From Cycas panzhihuaensis (lineage: Eukaryota; Plantae; Cycadophyta), in the NCBI GenBank assembly GCA_023213395.1, contig CM041465.1, positions 38,323,741 to 38,387,740 on the forward strand: a stretch of 64,000 nt of DNA, in the 5' to 3' direction. A program made the translations under genes and the position numbers. The notes under the pieces are model-generated. The model did not search any database and was not told where the DNA came from. It saw nothing but the letters and a program-made list of their open reading frames with translations. Of this stretch, positions 54,901 to 64,000 are shown in pieces; the first letter of the stretch is position 1; every line of letters starts with the position of its first letter.

Positions 54901-55675
54901 TGGTCTAGGATGATTTGCTAGAAATAACCTACCTCCCACCGCTTGCATACTGTAGCAATTTGAATTGCTACCCCTAGTTCTGTTAATAGGTCTCGAACTG
55001 ATTGCAATCTTTGCTAAAGATTCTTTTCTTGTTTTTGTTGTGGGGGCTCTTGAGGAGTTGTTTTTCTTTTATATAATTGTCCCTTGAAACACTGCTCCTA
55101 CTAACTTTCCTCCATCAGTACTTTGTTCATTGCATCTTGTAAAATCTTTACAGCTTCTTTAAGTCTTTACTTTTCTATTGCAGGTTTCGTAAAACTGTCC
55201 ATTGTTGGTGTTGTAACCACCTTCCTGCTTCGAGTCTGTAAATAAGATGGTACTTCCTTATCTAGAACCTTTGTAACCAAATTGGTTATTGGGACTAAAG
55301 TGTTTGGATTCTTGGGACAATTGGCCCACTCATGATTAGTTGGTTCACATTCCTCACAAATAATATCTCCTCCTTTTTTTCCATGGCACACTCTGATAGG
55401 TAATGCCCCCATCTTTGACACAAGTCGTAGCTTATCGGTTTTGTTTTCTCTTTGTATTGTTTCACTGCCCCTCGGTCTATTTTATGATAGAATGCATTTC
55501 AGACTTTAGATTCTTGTCCTCTAGGTGCTTGCCAAAAATAACATTCCCATGTATTGTGATTACTCCTTTGGCAGTTTTTGCACTATTTTGCAGTTCCTTG
55601 ATATTCATTTTTCAAATGTCCTTGCTAATTGCAAGGTGGGTGCCCCCATACATTTTCCTTGGCTTTCTCCAAGCA

Positions 55676-56232
55676 TAGGCATGCCAACTTTATCTGCAAT
55701 TGCTCAATCTCCTAGTTCTCTTGCATCTGTGCGTGCCTCGCTTCAACTGTCCTCACATGCAGAATTCATAATGGAAGAGAGATGCACATTTGGTGAGAAC
55801 ATCAAGAACCACTTTTATTCATGACAAAAAGGCACTGCGTCTGGTCCTCTCACAACCAGACGCATGACGGAACAATTACAACTAGAGGACCGACTGCCAA
55901 TATGAGGGTTATAGCCCGGACCAAGCAAACGTAAGATACATATAATGGATGGATAGATAGATAGATAGATTCTCATCTCTATTCTTGTTCTTTATATGTG
56001 ATGTGCATACAGTTGCATAATTGTTTCATTAAAATTGTCTTGTCTCAACTAATCGCCTTGCCCGAGCCACGTACTCGCCCGAGTTGCGCCGCGATCTCCA
56101 CAGTTGCAATCGCAACGCGATCGCATCCGATTCTGATCTTAGTAGCGGTCACAGAAGCGATCTCGCAGGCGATCGTAGTCGCGGTAACAACGGCGATCGC
56201 GATCCAGGTAGCGATCGCAGATGGTTACAACA
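55676..56232 (+). mobile_element. LTR-like fragment joining elements A and B
   Basis: TATA followed by a GATA microsatellite (~55941-55970), CpG-rich GCGATCGC repeats, ends CAACA. No TSD found. Confidence 0.45.
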
Positions 56233-58015
56233 GTTGTAGTTTCAGCAATAGTCTTTATTGACACAACCATGCCTCAAAAGTGGCTATTAACCCGCACACA
56301 TCTTCCTGGCCACCTCTTTTGAACGAGTAACATATTCGTTTATAAAATTCCTATTATTATTCCACTTAGTTTCATCTTTGGGCTTCCTTAATCTTCATCC
56401 TTTCCCTTCGTATGTATTCCATCTACGGTTTTGCTATATGAGGAGGTATTTTCAATCCATTTCTTCTCAGGTATTCGCATAACATCGCAACATCTTGCAT
56501 AGTATTCAGCAAAGCTAAAGTTGGTTTTTCCGCATATTGTAGTTGGTCAATTTCTTGATTTAGTTCATTATTAACTCTCTTTGTCAATTCCAGTTGGTCT
56601 CTGTATGCATTACGTTCCCTCCATAAGGTTTTACACCATTCTGTTTCTTCATCTGTCTTTATAATCCATACTCCCAGCCGGTGATAAACTTGTTGCATAT
56701 CTGCCAGAATGTACTTATCAAACCTCATCTTGAACTCCTCTACCTATGGCCCAACCTCATTTATGTCGTCCACCCAATCCATTATAAATTTTTTCAAGGA
56801 GTCCAATTTTTCTTCTGTGATTTGGTGAATCCTTTTCAAGGATTCTTCTAGTGGTTTAGCTCTGCTTTCTAACTCCGTAACCAGCTGCCTGGTTACTTTT
56901 GCCAAAAATGTTGTCCTTCAATTCGTTATATCTTGAGCATCACATTCCATTAGATCCAGCCCTTCTTCCAAAATTTCCTTGTCTACATTGAATTCAACTT
57001 CTTGTGGCTGATTGTTTAATTTTTCTATTATTTCTTTCTTTCTTTTCTCTTGTGCCAGCCTTCTCCTTTTTTGCCTTTGTTTCTCATCCTCTACTGCTTC
57101 CTCTACTCTTTCTTCTCCTCCTTCCTCCTCCACCGATTCTGTTTTTGGAACTTTTACTACTTCTTCTTTTAACGAATTGGCTCATTTTTCCCAGTTCACT
57201 TTTTCTTTCCCTTTTCGGGTTGTATGCTGTTGTATTCATGGTGTTACCTAATTCATTTGATACAATTTTTGTATCCAATGCTGGACCTGCCCTTGCTCTT
57301 TTTCCCAATCTTCTCCACTATCGTCCGTCCAACAGGCTAATGGTGATTGCTCCTTGTTTCCCTTCGGCATACTGATTTTTGGACATTGAAATAGAAGTAA
57401 TCCCTTTAGAATAGTTACATAATAAAAAGGAACAGTCTTGTTGGATTCCAAAATCGCCTGCAAACTTAACTGTATTTTTTCCCTCACAAACTTTGCCCAA
57501 TTTAGGACTTTCCCTTAGGCCACATGATTCACCATTGTTCTTAAGTTGCTAGGTACAAATGTACTTTTTTGAGTAAGCACAATTTTTGTAAAAATAAAAT
57601 GTGCTATGAAGCGTTTCTCCGGCTCGTATACGCTATTCTCGATACACGAAGTAGGCGTCTACGCTTCTGCCTCGATTATTCTTGCTGCTTCTTCTCGAGA
57701 TATCAAAGTATCTCTCCTAATTTCTTCGCCTTCTTTCAGAAGTCCTGTAACTGCCGCTATCATTTCTTTCGAGATTTGTACCATTTCTGGATATTTAGCC
57801 AGTAACGGAAGTATTATTTGCAAAAAAATTTCTGCATTGGACAAGACTCCTACCATAATAAACTTTTGTATTCTAGCCTTGATAATCAATTTCCTTCTTT
57901 CATCATCTTCTCTCATGGTTCGCCATTCTGCACAAATCCTGAAATCATCATTTTCTTTGGTTAACAGTGTTCGTGGCATTTTTTCGATTCCTCCCTTTAT
58001 CGTCTGTGATGCCAC
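56233..58015 (-). pseudogene. Additional ORF downstream of integrase in element B
   Basis: Frameshifted ORF pieces at 57659-58015, 56918-57133 and 56423-56728, charged and coiled-coil-like, homologous to 43400-45055. Confidence 0.75.
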
Positions 58016-58117
58016 GCTATCTTACCACTGTCACTTAAAATTGTACCGCCTTTATAGGTACGCCTACGAATCCTTCCGTTGTTGTTACTACAACTCTACA
58101 ACTCCGAAGTCGTCCGT

Positions 58118-58281
58118 CACTACTACTTCTGCAACCTTGAATTCGTTCGTTACTGCTACCTCTGCAACCTGCTACCTCTGAAACCTTGAATTCGTTCGTT
58201 ACTGCTACCTCTGCAACCTGCTACTTCTGCAACCTTGAATTCATCCGTTACTGCTACCTTTGCAACCTTGAATTCATCCGT
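58118..58281. repeat. 33/49-bp tandem repeat between integrase and the extra ORF
   Basis: ACCTTGAATTCRTYCG occurs four times, three of them followed by TTACTGCTACCT. Confidence 0.9.
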
Positions 58282-61200
58282 ATGTTGCTGCTAGTGCTGT
58301 ACTTCCGCTACTTCTTTTCTCAGGTCGCACAACAGGTAGTCGCACTTATATTCAATTCCGTTCTGTATGCACCATCCTAATCGCATCCACAGATTACGTG
58401 AAGCTTTCCATGCATTGTTTTGCGATTAAAGCTGTTTCACAGCTTTCCAATTTCGTGTGGCGTGCTTGCATTACATTCCATCATAACTAGGTAGTTATGA
58501 CAGGTCGTTGTATGTCACATCCGCACTGCCACACCTTCCCCACGTCCCTTAATCACACATGATTAAGATACTTACGTCTAGTCGCACCTCCTTACGTGCT
58601 TTTACGACTTGCTTTATGTTCCATCAGCGGACATCTTTTAATGCTTATAATGTCTTTACTAGAAATAATTGTTCCTTGGTTAATGATGTTCCCATTTTTT
58701 TTTTTTTTTTTTTACATTCTATACAACTTTAACCTACTGCCATTGACTAATTGAGTCAATGGCTATCCATCCAATTGTTGCAATTTTACTGCTCCATTAT
58801 CATGAATACAATTAATCCTATATGGACCTAACCATCTTATTTTCATTTTGCCGGGTTTAAATTTAAATTTACTATCATACAATAATACCCAATCATTTAC
58901 CTTAAATTCAGGTTTTTTAAGGTGGCAGTCATGCCATGCTTTCCGCCTTTTCTTTTCCACTTTTATTTCCCACAACGCTCGTGCCCTGGTCTCGTCCAGC
59001 TTCATTAATTGAATCAATTGTTGATCATAGGAAATTTCTGGATCTGCCCTGAGATGCTGAGCCACTCTTAAGCTTTCTGCTTGAAACTCTAGAGGAACCA
59101 CATCTTCCAATCCATAAACCAGTTGAAATGGGGTCTGCTTATGAGATATTTTCTTCATTGTTCTGTCTGCCCATAGGACTGAATGCAATTTTTCCGCCCA
59201 ATCGGTTCTTTGTCCATTACAAATTTTCATCAAGGCAATCTTCAAGATTTTATTTGTGCTCTCTCTTGACCATTTGCTCTGGGATAATATGGCGAAGACT
59301 TGCCATGTTGAATAAAAAATTCTATGGTCAAGTATTTGATTGTTTGATTCAAAAAGGCGCTTCCTTGATCTGATACAATCTCCAAAGGACATCCGAATCT
59401 TATTATAATGACTTTGTACAAAAAACGAGCTGTACTTCTTGCGTCGCATTTCTTCATTAGTTTGGCCTCAGTCCATTTGTTAAAAAAGTCTGTGGCCACC
59501 AATATATACCTTGCATTTTTCGTTCTTGTTGGGGGATTGATTGGTCCTACAATATCCAATCCCCATTTTTCAAATGGAGCTTGGGCCAGTATGGAGTGAA
59601 GAGGCATAAAATTTTGCTTTGACGGCTTCCCTGTTCGTTGACAAATATCACAAGATTTTACCCATCTCTCAACATCTTCGAACAATGTTGGCCACCATAA
59701 CCCCACTACCAATATTTTCCTTGCTGTAGCTTCCCTTCCATGATGGGATGAAGCTATCCCTTCATGGGCTTCTCTCAGAACAAGCTCTACTTCATGTTGA
59801 AGTATGCACCTCTACAGAACTTCGTCAGGTCCTAGCTTATAAAGCATACCACCTATCAGCTAAAATGGAAAAGTCTTTTTAATAAAACTCCTCCTTTCTG
59901 CCTTTTCCATCCCTCGAGGTGTTTGTCCTGTAGCTAGATATTCTACAATTCCCTCGTACCAAGTCGAATGACTTCAATTGAAAACAATTTGTGGTCTGGA
60001 AAGTCATCAAACACTCCTTCACCTGACTCTCCTTCTTTTATTCTTGACAATTGATATGGTATAACATGTTTTTCACCTTTCTTAACTACAATCTTGAACA
60101 TGAATTCCTGGAATAACATTAGCCAGCGACTAATTCTTCCCTACAAGATTGGTTTATTAACTAAATACTGCAAAGCTTGATGATCTACAAAAAACACAAA
60201 TGGATTTGCCAACAAATAATGCCAAAACTTTTGCAAGGCTTACACCATGCCTAATCCTTCACGTTCTGTAACTGTATAGTTACGTTCTGCAGATGATAAC
60301 TTCCTGCTAGCAAAAACGATGAGGAGATCGATTTTCTCATTTGCTGGTTGAGCCAACACACAGCCAATGGTATATAGTGATGCATCTACATGTACATGGA
60401 ACGGTTTGTTCCAATCTGGAAACTTAAGCACAGGGGCTTCCACTATATTTTTCTTCAAAGCATCAAAAAATAGTTGTTGTCGCATAGTCCATTCCTATTT
60501 TATCGTTTTCTTCAACAAAGACTCCAAAGGATAGGCTATCTGAGCATACCCTTTTATGAATTTCTGATAATATCCAGTCATACCCAGAAAATCCTCAAGT
60601 TTTTTCGGGTTTTGTGGTACTAGAAACTTCAGAATCACTTCCACCTTAGCCGGGTCTATCATCAATCCCTACTTTGAGACAATGTGTCCCAACAAGGATC
60701 CGAATGGTACCATAAAGGTACATTTATCAGGGTTTAAGCATAATCTATTCTCCTTGCATAATTCCAGCATTAACCGTAATTGGAGCAAATGGTCTTGTAA
60801 TTGGCTGTACAAAGTCCAATCATCTAAAAACACCTCAATTTCTTTTCCTAGCAACTTCTTGAATATTTTTAGAATAATCCTATAGAATGTTGCAGGAGCA
60901 TTTGTCAGCCCAAATGGCATGACCCTATAGGCATAAGTGCCCCATTCTGTGACGAATGTTGTCTTTAACTGATCTTCTACTGCAATCTGGACTTGATTGT
61001 ATCCACTGAAGCTATCTGTAAATGAAAATATTTCATGCCTTGCCACCTTTTCCAATACATCTTCTGTGAAGGGTATAGGGAATGGATCTTTCTTTGTGGC
61101 TTTATTTAAAGCCCTGTAATCAACGCATATGCAAAGTTTCCCGTTCTTTTTGGGCACCACCACTACTGGGCTGACCCGTACGCTGTTTTCTACCTCAAAG

Positions 61201-64000
61201 ATATAACCGGCTTCCAACAACTTATCCAGCTCCATCTTTACTCGTTCCTTATAATGTGGGTTCATCCTGTAAGGTCTTTGCCTTACTGGTCTTACATTTT
61301 CCATTAATTATATTTTACGCTCACCCACTTCTGGAGGGATTCCCTTCAGGTCCTTATAGGAGCATGCAAAAACATCCTTGAATTCACAAAAGAGAGATGT
61401 TGCTTTTTGCATTATCTCGGGCTCCCAATACTCACCTATTTGTATCCATTTTGGATTTCCTTCTGTTCCAACATTAACTGATTTAAGTTGGAGCTTTCTC
61501 CCTTGTACTGTTTTCCCATCTGGGTTTAATTCATAGGCTGGTGCTTCACAAATTTCCTTATATCCATATTCGTAATGTAATATGTTTGTGGAAAGTTCCT
61601 TATTTCTTCTTGATTTGATTGACAACCATTTTCTTTTTCTACAAAGGAGACATTCTTTTGTTTAATCAAACAATTTTTTACTGCCACACTACTAGGCAAA
61701 TCATACAGGCAATTGTGTTGAATTTTATTAAGAGAGGAAATTACAACATCTTCTTTTGAATTTTGCATTACAATGTTACCTTTTCCACTTGGTTCAATTT
61801 CATCTGGACACAATTCCATAAGATAATATCTTAAGGATTTTTCTCCTGTTTCTTCCCAAGCGGATTGCAACCAATCCAGTAAATATGTAGATAAAGCCTT
61901 GCTTGTGATTTGTGGAGGGGTTTTCAAGGCCTGGAATGCCGTCTCCGAACAAGGACTAACTGTTGTAGCCGCTGATGCAGTTGTTAAGAACAATCTATCT
62001 TCATCTTCTACCTTTTCAATGTGTGGTCAATCTGAGCAAAGAGGCAATACAACTTTCTTTCCTGTAGAATATAACGTAAAGGTCAGCTTTCCCAATCTTG
62101 CAAAGCCTCTGTTGCCAATAGCCATGGTCGTCCTAAGAGTGCAGGATAGGTTTTATTGTGATCCTGCATTCTTACAACTGCAAAGTCTAAGCAAACCGTG
62201 ATTCCTGCCACCGTTACTGGAATGTTCAGCAAAGATCCCATCGGTCGAACTTGTAATTGGTTAGCTAACCGAATTGCATAATCTGGGGAAACCAATTTCG
62301 GCCGTCCCAATGAAATCCATGTGGATTCAGGGAGCACATTCACTCTTGATCCGCCATCCACTACTATTCTACAGATCATCGTTCCAAACAGAATCATTGG
62401 AACTCTTGGATCAATTGCATCCATCTTCGTAGCTCGTAACACTAGCTTTTAAATGTCATCTAAAAAATAACCGGCTTCCCACCCTTTAAAGATAACAGTT
62501 ATAGGAATAGATATACCTGATTCCATTAACAACTCCTTTATCTCTCGCAATTTCTGCCAAGGATTCTTGTCCAATTGTTCTTCGTGTACTGGCGGTCGCC
62601 TTTGGTACACTTGTCCTTTAAACCGATTTGCTTGTTCCAATTCATCTAACTGCACAGTCCTTGTGGCCTCTTGTATAGCTTTGATAGCCTCTTGTAATCT
62701 TTCTTTATCCACTATTGGATCCGGAAAGTTCTCGCTACTTGCTGTGTCTATGACCTTTCCACTTCTTGTTTGAATATATACTGGTTGTTCCTTGTCTGGA
62801 ATTTTTGTAGTCAGATTTGAAGTCTGCACTTTCAGACCAGAATTCATGGTCTGCTGGCTCACATTCTTCACAGATGTAATCTTTCCCTTGCTTCTCAAAG
62901 GACAATCGTCTGAAATGCCCCCATCTCGAACACAAATGACAACGAACTGGCTTTGTCTTACCTTTATATTGTTTAAAAGAAGAATTCTCTTTCTTTTGAT
63001 AGAAAGATTCTCTTACTGGATTCTTATGGTAACATTCCCACGTATAGTGGTTTCCTCTCTTGCAGATTTCACACCATCTTCTCTCCATTGGCTAATGTTC
63101 ATTTTTAAAATGGCCTGGTTGTCCACAAGGGGGAGGGCACCATATGTTTTCTCGGGATTTTCCCATTTTTAATTTGGCTATTTCCATCCTTAGTTTTCAA
63201 TTTCTTCATTCTACTGATTTGTTTCAGCAGGCATTACTAAGGGCTGCTGTTTCAACATCTCTACTTCTTTTTTCAAAACTTCAATTTCTGGTTTTGTGGT
63301 CCCCAAGGACAAAAATATCTGCCCAAAATTCTGGGTTCCATTCTGCAGGTGTGCTGTCCTCATTTGATTTTCAAAGTGTAATGCTAACTCCTTAACCTGC
63401 TCATAACTATTCAGAGGATGAAACATGATTTTCTCTTTTAAGTGGGGCAACAACCCTTGTACAAAGTATTTCAAGGACAGCATTGGATTCATTGGCATGA
63501 GAGGGTCCATTTTATTCAAAATGATTTTAAGTCTTCCATCAAAGTCATTAACGGACTCACCTGGTATTTGTCTGATTTCTTCCAAGGCCTGGAATATCGA
63601 CATTGGATCTCTTAACCGCTGAAATTTGTCCAGGAATTGTGTCTGGACCACTTCCCAAATGGGATTCGTCTTTGCTACATACTGGTACCAGGCGATTGCT
63701 GTCCCTCGCAACGTAGAAAAAAATCTTGCCTTTATTTCCTCTGGATCTTTAATCTTCTTGATCTTCAGCATATTGGAGAATAAAGCCAAATGGTCTCCAG
63801 GATCTCTCAAGCCGTCAAATTGTAAATGCCCGAACATGGCATCATTCTGGACTATTATATATGGGGGATTCGTTTGGTTTCCTCCTCCCATTCCACTACC
63901 TTACGCCATGTTCCTCGGACTTGAGGATTCTGGTCCAATTATATTCAGTTCTCCTTCACTTCTTTCTTGCCTCAAAACTGCACTTTCTAGGCTTTCTTCC

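Larger units (their letters stand above)
42520..55675 (-). mobile_element. Athila-like Ty3/Gypsy element A (5'-truncated), interrupted at 45952-50707 and 51397-51906
   Basis: Zinc knuckles, LLGRTWL protease, RT (MPFGLTNA..VFLDDW), RNase H, integrase split between 50710-51390 and ~45440-45950, extra ORF ~43400-45055. The left boundary is uncertain. Confidence 0.85.
56233..64000 (-). mobile_element. Athila-like Ty3/Gypsy element B (gag-PR-RT-RH-INT plus extra ORF), decayed
   Basis: FDGLRDPGDHL..LRGTAIAWY gag, VDGGSRVN..LLGRPWL, FSGYNQV..MPFGLTNAPATF..FLDDW, HVDAS..AERNY..EREGL, WGLDIVGP..SDQGSAF..WLGPY. Confidence 0.95.

Overview
Eukaryotic, AT-rich plant genomic DNA, almost entirely nested and decayed LTR retrotransposons (Ty1/Copia, Athila-like and CRM-like Ty3/Gypsy, non-autonomous gag-only elements, solo LTRs, a tandem-array TRIM). 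The style suggests a large-genome vascular plant such as a gymnosperm (inference only). Host-gene content is limited to two intact, canonically spliced internal exons of ALG11 (alpha-1,2-mannosyltransferase, minus strand, 37861-38311, missed by the ORF track) and an internally deleted LBD1/11-type LOB-domain pseudogene (1767-2062). The most unusual structures are: (i) a TSD-flanked solo LTR (36262-36836) whose U5 end is an array of five [LTR-end + tRNA-iMet PBS + spacer] units; (ii) an L-I-L-I-L TRIM with Pol III A- and B-box matches on either side of its PBS; (iii) a Copia/Gypsy junction bracketed by a 115-bp direct repeat; (iv) a multi-copy pol-less gag-like family; (v) an extra ORF conserved downstream of integrase in diverged Gypsy families that also carry four zinc knuckles. 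Coordinates were read by eye, and boundaries without a TSD are approximate.
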